NCBI GenBank assembly: GCA_036785375.1
Contig: JAWMAR010000030.1
Span: forward strand, 5,580,001-5,644,000
DNA: 64,000 nt
Origin: Leucoraja ocellata
Lineage: Eukaryota
Direction: 5' to 3'
Below are positions 26,690-39,755 of the stretch, piece by piece. Every line of letters begins with the position of its first letter. Position 1 is the first letter of the stretch. Below the pieces are notes generated by a model, which saw only the letters and a list, made by a program, of their open reading frames with translations, ran no database searches and had not been told where the DNA came from. A program made the position numbers and the translations under genes.

Positions 26690-27340
26690 TAATAGATGAA
26701 TGCATGCAGGAATTTAAAGAGTCCTCACATAGGAAAAGTGCAGGCAGATAGACAGAATATTATCCTTCATTGCCAGGGCAATGAAGTACAAAAGTCGAGA
26801 TGTTTTGCTGTAACAGTTTACGCACCTGGAGAGGCACACTTGAAGTACTGTATTGTTTTGGTCTCCATATTTAAGGACGGAAATACTTCCCTTGAGCATT
26901 GGGTAATGAAAGTTCACAAGATTGCATCCTGAGATGAAAGTGTGGTTTTATACTTTCTGGGGTATAGAAAGACGGATGATCTTGGCGAAACATAGAAGAT
27001 TTTTAGGAGACTTGCCAGAGTAGATGCTATGAGAATGCTTTCCCTCATGGGGGAATCTAGAGTAGGGGTAGGAGGTATTGGATGGAGATCCCCATTAGGA
27101 CCAAGATGAGAAGAAATGTCCCTTCTCAGCGTCGTGAATTATTGTCATTGTCTAACCCAGAGATCCATGGGAGCTCGGTTAGTAAGTAAGTGCAAAGTTA
27201 AGATGGAGATCTGGGGATGCAGGGAGACCAAGAGTAATGGAGATCAGGCCCACAAATGGACAAGATCAATGATGAGACCTGCCATGATCTTATTGTATGG
27301 TGTAACAGACTCGAGGGGCTGAATGGCCTGTTTCAGCTCT
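26690..27340 (+). mobile_element. Old CR1 3' fragment
   Basis: HLKYCIVL motif and gaggggctgaatggcct tail; a small CR1 tail also lies at about 26450-26590. Confidence 0.75.
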
Positions 27341-27949
27341 TTTTCTTAAGCTCTTTGCACATTTACCATAACGAAACCCTTCATAATATTGCAGATCTGC
27401 TCTGGGCTTCTCCTCAGTTTCCTAACATGTGCTGCCTTCACTGGGAAACAGTTCTTGTAAAACAAAATATACAGCTTTTCTAATGTGTTGAAATCCTATC
27501 AAATTGAAATCTTCTCCTCAGTCGAAGAGTTCTGTTGGTAGTTGAATGTGGTGATTTTTCTCATATCTTTCATATGCTTCCATAACAAGTTTATATATTG
27601 CTGGCTTCAATCGCTTTGAAAAGACATTCAGCATTGGTGCCTTCAGGTCATTTCATGCATCAGGCATCTCAAGGAAAAGACAGACCCCACGATCAAGTCG
27701 GACATCTCTACATCTTTATATTGCAGATTTAATTTTCACTGGTTAAATTGCAATGGTGAATTAAAGTTTAAGACTTCTATTTCCTGTTTGTTCAGGTGCT
27801 AACCAGGAATTATTGCAAAACCTGCAATCTGATGATTGAGTACCATCAATGCCACTAAATGCATTTGCTGATTTTGGAAAATGTGTACGTTGTGAAAATG
27901 CGTAAAATGCCTTGACCTTTAGCCATCCGAAAATATAGGTTGCATGTCA

Positions 27950-28920
27950 TTTCAACCTGCCTTCACATTCCCACTTCAACCTCCCATCCTCAGCTTTCTC
28001 CACTGCCAAGGTGGGATTTCTACAACCAAACAGTATGAACGTTGACTTTTCCAATTTCGGGCAACCATTACCCCCTGTCTTCCCATAACTCTCTCCCTCT
28101 GTCCTCCTATTTTTGTTCTCTTGTTCATACCCCATACCCAGCTCCACGGTATCCATTTTCACTCCTGCTCCATCTACCTGCCACCTACACGTCACTCACC
28201 GATCCCCTCTCCCATCCGGTTCCATATCCCCATCTTCCCCAACTCTACCTTAACTGGTTCCCTTTATCATCTTCCTTGAAGCCCTGTCCCACTGTACGAG
28301 TTCATTCAAGAGTTCTCCTGAGTTTGCCCTGATTCGAACTCGGAGATATACGGTAATGGCCGCTTGTAGGTACTCAGGACTCTCGTGGACATTTTTCACC
28401 ATGTTGAAAAATCTTCACGAGTCTTCCCGAGCTTACCATGTTTCCTGAGTACCTGCTGTTAGCATTATGAGCCGCTAAGAGACGTCCCCGAGCTCCAACG
28501 TACCCGCTACGTACATTCTACGTGCTTACCATGAGTTTAAAAAAAAATTAAACTCGGGATAGCTCTTGAATGAACTTGTACAGTGGGACAGGGCTTTAAC
28601 TCTTCAGATTCCAGCTGTCTTCCCCTGCTCATTACCCTCGGATTCTATCTCTCCTTCACCCACCCTTCCTCCTGGCCCCATCTGCAGTTTTCCTCGTCTG
28701 CTTCCACCTCTTCTGTTTCCACTCCTACCCCTATCATCGACCTCTCCTCGGAACACCGAAGACCTTCTACCCCCTTCTCACCACCACCCCCCCCTCCCCC
28801 CCACCCTCAGTTACCTTCCCTCACCTGATTCAGGGTCTCGACCCAAACTTGACAATTTCTTTCACCTTCCAGCTATTGCTTGACCTGCTGAGTCTCACCA
28901 GCAGTTTGTTTTTGGTCTGC
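27950..28920 (+). mobile_element. Degraded Penelope 3' region(s), host of a MITE
   Basis: caaccaaacagtatgaacgttgacttttccaatttc (QPNSMNVDFSNF), C-rich UTR, gggtctcgaccc terminal motif. Confidence 0.65.
28280..28595. mobile_element. Harbinger/PIF-like MITE
   Basis: TIRs agccctgtcccactgtacgagttcattcaagag / ctcttgaatgaacttgtacagtgggacagggct; flanks tga / tta (TWA-type TSD). Confidence 0.85.
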
Positions 28921-29039
28921 TGTAACTATCCTCGTATTGTTAAACATATTATGTCCTTTATTTCTGAAATCCTGCTGCAAGCTTCACATTTATTGCGAAC
29001 ATTGCTATTTCACGGTAAACACGATTCAACATTAATAAA

Positions 29040-29195
29040 TAACAAAGTGCTGGAGGAACTCAATTGATCAGGCAGCATCTTTGGAGGGAATGGGCAGAAG
29101 ACATTTTGGGTCGGGACCCTGTTTCCGTCTGAACTACGTTCCCTCCGGAGACACTGCCTGAACCATTGCATTCCTTCAGCATTTTGATTTTTGCT
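29040..29195. mobile_element. Older Penelope-derived fold-back insert
   Basis: acaaagtgctggaggaactc.. followed by an inverted copy; other single pieces at about 16200, 18690, 29635, 30715, 33641, 34750 and 62800. Confidence 0.7.
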
Positions 29196-31223
29196 GCACT
29201 CTATTGTGTTTCACTATTCAGCATTAACCAATCTATTAATATTAAAATTAATGGCATCAGATGTATGCTGTTTACATTGCAATATGTTAAAGGCCGTTGA
29301 TCTCTTTATTAGGAATGTACTTGCTGTTTTGTTAAGGAAGTCTTTGTCTTATATTTTAAAAACAGAACAAATTTACACATCTGCTATTTGTTTTAGCTGT
29401 ATTTTTCTTGCAATTTTACATCCTGGGTATTCTGGAATTTTCCATGACTTCTTCTGATTGCAACAACAGGTCTTGGTATTTATCCGAGCAATTATAATCC
29501 ACCAAAGTGTTTGACCACCTTGCCTTATTGAACGAGGCTACTAATTCTTCAGCAGTGATGTTAGAAAGCGGTGATTTATGTAGCTAAGGTGTTTAACACA
29601 TGACCATGAACCAACTGATCTGCATTCTTGAGCAGAACACAAAGTGCTGGAGGAACTCAGTGGGCCAGGCAGCATCCGAGGAAGAAATAGACAAGTAATG
29701 TTTTGTAAAGTGGACCTTCGTCAGGCACTTCTCCAGTCTCTGGCCCACATACCTATTTCATCTGGACTGGGTTTAGTTACGAATTATTCCAGTTGTGTGG
29801 AATGGTTGGACACAAAACTGATTGAGACCAGTTCTTTAAACAGTGCTTGTAGGACTTGAATATGCTGTATCTCATTGGTAGATTTAAGCCAGAGATCAGG
29901 CTTGTTTTGTTCTCTCAATCAAAATGTAGTCTTACCTGAAGCAAAAAAACAAACTTCAGATGCCAGAAACCTGAAACAATGGAACATGTTGGAGACACTC
30001 GGCAAGTCAGGCAGAATTTGTGGAGGAAGAAACCGAGTTAATGCACTTCATCCAAACTTTCATCAAATTCAGATTTTCCTTAGTACTCCAGTCGCGAAAC
30101 ATTTAAAGAGTTATATCTGAAACTCACATGGTTTGGTGGTGGAGAATGAAAGACTAAAGTAATCAGTGCGCAGAGGAAGGACTGGAGAACATATGAGCCA
30201 CTGATATTTTGGATATAGACATCTAATATTATCGACTGGCGGCCTTTGCTGTTTTATGTGTAGTGGGCTTGGTTGGGTTATGTATCATGGTTTGGACATG
30301 TGTTTGGGATCATATGTTTCTGGATGAGTTGATTGTTTCATGTGTAAGGTTTTGAATACTTGTGGTCGGGGCCAGGCTGAGAAAGTTTAGCATGTTGTCA
30401 ATGTTTGGGATTCTCTATGTGTGGGCGTCCATTTCTATCTGTTCTTTGTGTTTCTACTGTAAATTAAGTTTCTGACTGTGATTTTTGTTCCTGGTCAGAT
30501 ATGTTGGGTAATTTAAATCCTCCTCCCCTCTCCTCCTCCCCCAAACCCCCATTAATGGGGGACTAGGTGTAAACATGGAAGCCAATGAAAAGAAAAGAAG
30601 TTAGGCAGGATAGCCAATCTAATGGTATGTGTTTAGTTTCCTCCACCCCATCCCCCTACACTAATGTAGAATTTAGCTGTTGGTGAAAGTATACGGTAAT
30701 CTTTTTTTTTTGCAAAGGAGAAGAGTCCCGACCCGAAACATTGTTTGTCCATTTCCCTCTACAGATGCTGCCTGGCCCGCTGAGTTCCTCCAGCATTTGA
30801 ATTTTTTTTTTTTGCACTAGACGAATTTTGCATTGTTTTCACCACACTGAGCTGCATTTTCACAGTGGCCTTCTGTGCATTAAGCTTCAGATGAGTAGAC
30901 GCAGAGTAGAATCTAATGGGGAGGATCACGTGCCCAGAGGGGACTGGCCAAAATAACCAGTCAGTGAATCCTTAACTATCCTGAAACCAAAGTGCAACAT
31001 TTCCCAATTGTCGAGTAGAATATTAATCTGCTCCAGTGTGAAAATATTCTGTGGGAAGCATCAGGATGTGAAACGTGTGAGATAATCCTACCTGTTATTA
31101 ATTAGCTATTTAGTATTGCAGATATCTATACATAGTGAACAAACCATTCATGTACTATTCAGAACAGTCCCAATCTGCCACCTATCCATGATCAGCAGAG
31201 ATGCTGCCTGATGTTCTGAGTTA

Positions 31224-31505
31224 AGTCCCACTTTCCCGAGTTACTCACGAATTCTCCCGAGTTTTCCACTTGATTCAAACTCGGAGAATGTTCGTAGTGA
31301 GTCCGTAGATATTTCGTAGCGGCTCATAATGCCAGCCGTATGTACTCGGGGCATCAGGTAAGTTGGGACGTTTTTTTCAGCATGTTGAAAAATGTCCACG
31401 AGTCAAAAAATAGCCCCGAGTACCCACGGCTGGCATCTCCGAGTTTGAATCAAGGGGAAAACTTGGGAGAATTCTTGAGTAACTTAGGAAAGTGGGACAA
31501 GGGCT
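31224..31505. mobile_element. Harbinger/PIF-like MITE inserted in a Penelope terminal repeat
   Basis: TIRs gtcccactttcccgagttactc / gagtaacttaggaaagtgggac; exact TTA TSD (31221-31223, 31506-31508) splitting host gagTTActccagc; internal homology to the 28280 MITE. Confidence 0.88.
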
Positions 31506-32775
31506 TTACTCCAGCACTTAGTGCCTTTCTTTGTAAACCAGCAACTACAATCCTTGTGTTGAGAGGCTCGTATCAGTTTTGGTCCTTAATGGTGAAGTTG
31601 GTTTCGTTTTTATTTCCCTCAATCACGATATTTTCAGTTTGACAGATTCATTTAATGATGATGGAATATCTAGGAGCGTTGTGAAAATATTTCCAGCTTC
31701 CCCTTTAGTCGTCTGAAATCACCTTCATTAGAAATAGGATAAATCAATATATCAATTGTTACATTCCAACCCTATGTCCGGACTGAGTGAACTGTTACAC
31801 ACCCTGCAAACTGTGACTGAACTGTTCATTATGTAACCAAGGTGCGGTTCATTGAACATGTAATATATACTTGAGCCATCACAACAAATGACCTCATTAA
31901 TATTGCTCACATTTAGCTTAAAGGAAGCTTTCATTAACAACTCCACTTCATCTTTGATCGGGTGATTTACTTTACAGGAATAATAGATATGTGTAGAGCA
32001 AATAAATATTCTATTTTGCAAGACAGGGATCTATTTAGCACCTTAAAATTAGTCATGCTGAACTTTTATGCACCATTATGCAATCCATGATTAGAGATTC
32101 TGACCTGAAATAGTATGCGTTGTAATCAAGGGTTTTTGTAACAATTTCTAGTGTGGGTTCAGTTTATTTTGGAGGACAGTCTGTGTACTTAAGTTTATAC
32201 TATATACATTCAAATGTTTAGAGTGCTCTGTTTCATGTTTTAAATGTAGCTTTTGTGTGAAATGCTGTGGATATTCCCCTTGTTACTGTTTTTCGTGCTT
32301 GGGGATATAACATTTTACATGCAACATAGATGGATGTGCGTTTTCATGATTGAAGAACGTTAAGGAATGTTGACTCCTTGGTCTTGCTTCAATGATTTAT
32401 TACAGCATAAATTGTGAAATATTATCCATCTGAGATTAGGTCAGCATCTTGATATTGGGCCAATTCACCAATAATCCAGGGAGACAGAAGGTTATCAAGA
32501 AGACAGCCAGATCTCTTGTTAATACAAGCTATAGAACTTGTATATTTACATTTAAGCTTCTCAGAAACATCACTATTAAAGTGTAACTCTCCATGCCAAA
32601 TGATGAACAAGAATAGCTTAAAAGCTGCTAGATTCCTAATCAAAACTCAAGCGTTTACATTTTGACTCCGCTTTCCAATTTTACAGTCATCTTAAGTCGG
32701 TTGTGCCACTGGTCTGCTCAGATACATGGTCCCCATTTGTTGACAACTATACTAATATTCCTGGTTTCTCTCTAG

Positions 32776-32820
32776 GGCCACCAGGAGAAAAAGGAAGACA
32801 TGGTCGCAGAGGTACTCCAG
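32776..32820 (+). CDS. COL13A1: Collagen XIII-like exon, 45 nt, phase 1-1: (G)PPGEKGRHGRRGTP(G)
   Basis: ggtttctctctAG|GGCCACCA...ACTCCAG|GTacgt; pure Gly-X-Y; joins in frame with the downstream exons. Confidence 0.88.
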
Positions 32821-35800
32821 GTACGTGCCACAGTAGTTTTAAGATGTTCCCCCACAATGAACAACATAATTCCCTGTGTTATAGAAACTTCAGGAATGGA
32901 ATTGGCTCCTTGATTATTAATATTTAATTTTTTACCAGTCCTCACAAGTAAACCATACTCTTGTGTTGCTAGCCTGGTATTGGACAATGCACAGTCTTCT
33001 CCTAAACATTGCTTCCAATGAAATTAACAGAACAGTGTAATGGCGGATACAACATGTAGCAATGTTGTACTGCCCATTTAGTTTGAGGAAACAAGGAAGA
33101 ATTCCTATTCCTGTGTATATGCAGCTACACCCTAAAAGGTGCTGGTTTGTGATATGTTATTCACACACATGACCCACGAAGGAACATGTATTATAGAGTA
33201 ATAAAGGGATATTTAACATGTAATCATGCTTTAAATCAAGAAGGTAATGAGAGTGGATGAATATTGGAGCATTATTAATTGTGGTCTAAACTTTCTAATG
33301 TGCATACAGTACTTCAGAAAATATATTTTTTGTATATAAAATTAACATTTGTAAAGAAAGATTTGTAAAAAAAAATTTTTTATTTGTAAATCAAGTATGT
33401 TCATTTGTGTATCATTTATTCCAGTCGTTATTTCCTTTAATTTGGAGGTTAATATGAGATTGCTTCCATAGATTCTGTTACCTGTTGCATGCCTTAAAAC
33501 TACCAAAGTCTAATTCATTTGCTGTAAAATTGTGCAAACTCTGCACAATCTGGTCAGCCTGATCTGCCATTCTAGAAATCTGAAACCATAGACTTCTGAG
33601 TTTTTTTAAAACTATCATCTCCTTGAGCAAACTAGTTTATCTGAAGAAGGGGTCTGACCTGAAACGTCACCCATCCTTTTTCTCCAGTTGCTGCCTGACC
33701 CACTGAGTTACTCCAGGACTTTGTGTCTATAGTCACAAGTCACTCCTCGTGGTGCCCAACTTGGTGATCAAACATCAGATTCTAGCAAACATCCTCCACA
33801 AGTCTCTTTCTATGGTCCATCTATAATAAGATTGTGAATCTGTATTTCACTGTAAAGGCACAAGCTTTGTCTTTTGGCTTGGTGATGCACCAATATTCTA
33901 TTCCCGAAGTTAGCCCTTCTTCGGATATATATTAATAAGTAAACTCTGTGACCTTTTAGCGGTGAGTTCAGCAGTGGTCCAGCCTTTTCTGTGCTTTTTT
34001 TAAATATAATTAGTAAATGATGGCAAATGCATTAAAATGCTTCAATACATTGTAGTATAACTTTGTAAGATTATATTTCATGCAATAATGAATAACACAA
34101 GAATAATTTTTTTAAATCTCAAAGAATAAATATCACTATTCATCCCTTCACAAAATATTGGCACTGTCATCCATTTTGTTCATGCTTGTCTTCCTCCCTT
34201 TATGTTCTTTACAAGCGTATTTCACTTGGGGAAAATAGGGCTTGAGAGCAAAGCTTGTGAAGCCATGTTTCCAACCTGTTCACAATCTGGCCCAGTTCAG
34301 TGAAATTCTGGGCATTATGATGTTGAAATCAACTCCCTTCCAAAAGTAGCCAAGTCCCGGGACTGCAAGGTTCACTTTGGATAATGGACACCACACAAGA
34401 ATACTCACTGTGGGAATGTTTCTCAACTCCATTTATTAAAATGATGACTTTTACTTAAAAAAAAAAATCCACTTGCACTGGAATGATCATTTCTCTGCTG
34501 TACATTCAGCGACAGACAGCTGCCTCTCTGTACATTTCTTCTAATTCTAATCGTGAACACTGCACTAAAATTGGGAAGCATAAATTTCAGGAAAGGACAT
34601 CTCAAGACATTTTTATCTTCCAAAGTAACGTAATAATGATTTAGTGATGGCAGAGACAGTTGTGAGTTATAAAATTATTTATTTGTTATCAAAACAGATG
34701 TAGCATGTCATTTATAGGAAGATCTATGACTATAAGAGATTTAAAGAGAGGATAGAAACAAAAAGCCGGAGTAACTCAGTGGGACAGGCAACATCTCTGG
34801 AGATAAGGAATGGGTGATGTTTCGAGTTGAGACCCTTCTTGAAATGTTTTTAAAGTGCATTGGTTCAAAAGTTAGAGACCCTAGATCCCCCTACAAGTAT
34901 GTTTTCCACAAAACACACATATTTTATAGCAGTTTCAGGTTCAGAGGTCATTGGGATTTTTTTTTTACTATAGTGCCGAGATTGTTTGCATAGTTGCTTT
35001 GCTTTTATTATATAAGATCCTAAAAAAAATTGGTTTTGAGCCATATGCTTGGACCTCTACAACCGAAAACTATCCTCATATTGGGCATTTTTTGAGTTAA
35101 TGACACAGCTTACCTGGTGAGAAGGGTGGATGTGTCAAGTTCCAACAGTGGAAATGGGTATCAGTGGAAACGGAGCTTTCACAGAACCTTGTGAGAAGGA
35201 TGCGAGTCATTCCCCTAGATTGGGACCAATTTCATCCAAAACATTCAACTCCTTGTCTCTGTCCCTCTTAATATCATCTCTCTCATATTTGATGTTGCAA
35301 TTTGGGTCGTCATTGCTTTCAAGGCATTTTCATTGTGCTTTACCTCCAAGAAGGAGCATGTTTTTACAGTCCTTGTGCCGCTACATTATAACCCATGTGT
35401 GTGTTTCATAGACACTGCCACCTGATGGACAGACAGCAACAGTGGCACTTTTGCCGTGTCCCTTGGAAATGAGCCTGTGGAGTTGTACACCACAGATATG
35501 GGCCCTTCGGTCCATCACATCCAAGCCGACTGTTCTGCCCTTCTACCCTTCTATCCCATTTGCCCAGAAGTGGGTCGGTGCTGATGCAGGGAGGTAACAC
35601 AGAGAGTGGAAGAACAGGGATGGATACCTGCAAGAAAAGGAATGAGATGCTGGAATTGCAAGGAGGGTAATGGCACATGGATATATGGGGAAGATCCCAG
35701 CATCCCTGGGCAAGGAGCCCAGCTGTTTAATGGCAGCAATTTCCAATTCCCAGGAACCACAATCGTTACTGAGGACTGTGGCAATAACGGTTTATATAAA

Positions 35801-36322
35801 TAGAAATTGCAGGATACATTTTAACGCATAAAGATAATATTATTAGGGGCACTCTAAGTTGCATAGAGTTCACTACTTTAAGATTGATATACTTGTTGAA
35901 CTGTCAGTTAGTTAGCCAGGTCGTAATTCACAATTTTTGACTCACTTTACTGTGGTCAGCAATGAATGGGCAGTGTACACATTGATTTCAAGGAAATAAC
36001 ATTGTGTTCAGTTGAATTGTGACAGGTGTCGTTTGGCTCAGTTTTCCTAATTGGTGGGAGATGGAGGCAAAAACTTTAAAACAAACCGAAAATGTGATTT
36101 TAATTTCTGGCTGTGTATTAAGAAACTGACACAAACGATATCATCTAATTTTATTTCTACATAGAGAACTCTTTCCTTTGCACAAATATGCATCTGAAAT
36201 GTAATGCATTTCTGTAGTTTGTCACTAGTCCAGAGAATTAAATCACTGATGAAACTTATATTAATTCTGTAGTGAACGCCACTGAAAAATAATCTGCTTT
36301 TTCCCTTTTCTTGTGTTCACAG

Positions 36323-36330
36323 GGTCTGCT
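36323..36330 (+). CDS. COL13A1: 8-nt micro-exon GGTCTGCT, phase 1-0: (G)SA
   Basis: Long pyrimidine tract ttttcccttttcttgtgttcacAG|GGTCTGCT|GTAAGT; required to convert phase 1 to phase 0; an 8-bp exon is known in mouse Col13a1 (recalled). Confidence 0.88.
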
Positions 36331-36680
36331 GTAAGTACACAAAACGCTAGTAGTGCCCAAGAGAACAGGTTGGGTAAAAAAAAAATAAGTGTCTGTCTCT
36401 TATCTTCTCTATGGTGAACTAGACCTTAGATATTAACCTATTTCTGCTAAATCTTTGCAGTGTTGTCATAACTGTTTCCTGAGTCCTTGCAGGATTTACA
36501 TTGGTTGTTATTCTTTCAAACCATTGAATAGATCTCTAGCTTTTGAACCAATGCACTTTTAAATTTCATACCTTATAAAAGTTAAAATGAATCAAGTCAG
36601 CTTTGTCTCTCTGGCTTGTTGTGCTGTGTAAATAATATGTTCATTTCTCTCCCTTTTCTACTGATTTTTGTCCTTTTCAG

Positions 36681-36707
36681 GGATCTCCAGGAAGATCAGG
36701 TTTTCCG
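36681..36707 (+). CDS. COL13A1: Collagen exon 27 nt: GSPGRSGFP
   Basis: tccttttcAG|GGATCT...TTTCCG|GTaaat; aligns to human GPTGRPGLP (recalled). Confidence 0.92.
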
Positions 36708-37364
36708 GTAAATAGCCTTAAACTGCACCCCTCTCCTGTCTAATCCTAACTCTGTGTTTGCACTTATCTGCTTTGTTTTAACAGTCTGTGTCTATCTCCT
36801 GCTACACACTGAAGCTTGCCTTTTGCTAACTTCTATCCACTCCCACTGAATCCTAATAATTAAATCATGTACTCTATTTTCTCCTTAATGCAACAGAAAA
36901 AAAAAATTCATTTGGGATAAATAATTTCATTTCAGAAATGGTTGATATCCCAGAAATTAAAAATCCACATCATCTACATTAAGCTACTTAACTGTTTTGC
37001 AAACACTGCTCCCCAAAACATATTATCTTGGCTATCGCTAGATAGCTATGGATGTCTATGGATGGTGACTTTTTTAACTGATGGTGTGGTGATAGCACTT
37101 TAACTTGTGATTAAGGGCTCTTTTCCTAAGGTTTAACTCCTGGCCTAGCAGTCTGGTAGTTTGGTGTGTGAAGCTCTCAATAGTGGCATCTAATGGGAAA
37201 CCTTCATGCTTTTGTGATCAAGCATTACATTCTGAAACGCTTGCTCTGTGATTTCGGGGCACACGTCTTTGCTGGATGTTCTCGTGTGCGGCTGAGCAGC
37301 TTTTTGGGTGAAATTGCAAAAAAAAACTCTTTCTTTGCAGTTCTGACTGTACATTGATTATTAG

Positions 37365-37400
37365 GGAAACAAAGGATCCATGGGCCTACCAGGGAGAAGG
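37365..37400 (+). CDS. COL13A1: Collagen exon 36 nt: GNKGSMGLPGRR
   Basis: attattAG|GGAAAC...AGAAGG|GTAAGT; aligns to human GDKGAIGMPGRV (recalled). Confidence 0.92.
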
Positions 37401-39644
37401 GTAAGTTTACTTATTGCATCTCATTTTAGCCGTGTGGTGACATAGACCTGATGCTTATCTTGCACTGAAGGCACAATGAACCATCATTTCAACTGTTTGT
37501 AAATGAAGTGTCAAAGAAAAATAATTTAAAGCTGCAGTATCCTTCCCCTTACCTTCCTCGTCCACCCTCCACCTTTCCGACTGAAATCAAATTGATTTGA
37601 ACTACTTTATCTTTTAACTCGTGCACATTTGTGCCTGTGTGTAACCTCTGCAGCAAGAACAAGGCACCATTTTTGGAAGTGTCTTTTTCTCTCAAGGGAG
37701 CCACTGCGTAAACATTTCAGAAAAAGGTCAGAACAACATCTGGTTTATGGAGATAAAAGCCTTTAGTTAAAGTGACATTGCACAGGTCATTTAATTCTGT
37801 TTCAGCTTCAGGATAATGCAGCCTTAAACCATTTATTTGACAGTACCATACTTAACTGCACATTTCTTGAGAGCATTTTGCACATTGCTTTGGCTCCATT
37901 TTGCATGGAGCATGGAGCATTTCAGCCAGTGCTGTGAATTACAGTGCATATACTTTACATTTTAAGATGAATGTAACGGAGACCTTAGGTTAAGTTCTTT
38001 GTTGGATGAGGCTTTTGTTGCATTCATGAGGTTTATTGCTGTGCTGTTTGGAGTTCTGATGCAATTTATTTTAAAATGTGCTACCTCTGTTGCATTGAAA
38101 CGCTTGGCTTTTGAAGCAATGGTTAGTTAAATGGGCTGTTTGGTGAACATCTTTCCCCATACAAAAACCATATACAGTAAACCCATCAGTACCTAAACCA
38201 ACATTGCAGACTCATTCATTGGGAGCATTTACTAGCTTGACGTTTACAGCATTGATGTTGATATCCCTGACTTTCCTTAATGCTGCCATGCAAACTTTTC
38301 TAAGTTTAGGATTAATTCTAAAATGAAAAGACACAGAAAATGATATAAAGGATTTATCTATAAACATATGTGTAAAATAATTTGATTTTAATTATAATTC
38401 TGAGCACATATCACAGAAAAGTCTATATAGTTCAAAGTAGTCACAATGTGGGTAGTTCCTAACAACGAACAGCCTCTTTAAAGCTTTGACTCACTGATGT
38501 GGAAATGCTTTGGCTTACCTAATTGTCATGCTTCTGGTCTGTATTTTAATATTTTTAAAACATAATTAAAGGGGCTAGGAATACCTGAGTTGACAAAATA
38601 CATTTATCACAGTGTTGCTATTTCGCAACAATAAGCAAACCCACTTTAACTCTCTTCTTACTTAAAACGGACATCAGTTCCAACTGTGTGTGGGCTGAAA
38701 GACTGTTAACTGTTATTAGCGATTGTTATTTCTCCAGCTCTTTAAATGGGGAAATTCCAAGGGGAATCAACTAAGCATCCAAGGTTAGGCTGCCACTATT
38801 AAACCCCAGTGTGTGGACAAACATTGTTCCAGCCATTCTTGCAATAGACCGAAAGACTTTGTGCTAATTGCACTTTTATTTAGAAAGATGACTTTGAAAG
38901 GTCCTTAAGTCTTTCTTGTTTTGGGTCACTTTCTCGGCACAAGGAAGTGCTCACAGCACGCTTCCTGTAATTAGGAGCATTTACTCTGCTTTGTTTTTCT
39001 TGTTTAAGTAAGTCCATAACTGCACTCATTTCTCAGTGACTGGACCCCCACCTCAAAAGGATAGAAACAAACAAGGCTTTGTTCATGCTGCCCCCGCTGT
39101 TAACGTATGCTATCATGCATTATTTTATAGAACATGACCAATAAAATGAACTACCTGATGAAGAAAAATATTCCCCATTAGTCAAAGGCAAAACTGTAAT
39201 CTGAAATGTATTCACTGGAAGGGAGATTTACATTGTAGGGTTTGATACATTGTAGGGTTTGACGATGGATAATGTTTGCCATGCCAGTAACATCACTGTT
39301 CTGTGAACGTATTAAAAATCTTCCGGGACTTGGATGCTTCGAAGAGATAATCAGTCATCTGGGTGGGTAGATTTATGTTGCACTGGTTTCCCCATTGCTC
39401 AAATGGTGGGCACTCATTACAAGGGATGCTAAAAAAAAGCTAACAGGCCATTTTGCGTTGTCTTTGAAGGTAGATTTTTAACTATTTATGTTTTGTTTGG
39501 GTAGCAAATATTGGTTGAGTTTTATTATATGAACAAAGTTTAGCACCTTGCTTGGGACTTCCTGGCATCTATAACTAGGAAACCGGGAACACCAACACAC
39601 ATGGTGGATAGATAGGCTTTGTACCTAACCTTGTTTACATGAGC

Positions 39645-39755
39645 CAGAGAGTGGAGGTAGAGTCCAGGGGCAGGACCAGTGTATACCTGGAACAGGGATT
39701 GTTTGACGTACCCTACAAAGGGGCAGGCATAGCTGGGGCCCATGTGAGTGCCCAT
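39645..39755 (-). mobile_element. Penelope-like reverse transcriptase fragment
   Basis: MGTHMGPSYACPFVGYVKQSLF, the PLE RT MGxxxxPxxAxxF motif. Confidence 0.85.

Noticed and set aside
1-32775. COL13A1 upstream exon (furin site and CNCPP)
   Set aside because: No such exon found by eye; presumed to lie upstream of the window.
36323-36373. Extension of the micro-exon to downstream GT donors (open frame GSAVSTQNASSAQENR)
   Set aside because: Ends at 36368 or 36373 give phase 2 or phase 1, incompatible with the next phase-0 exon.
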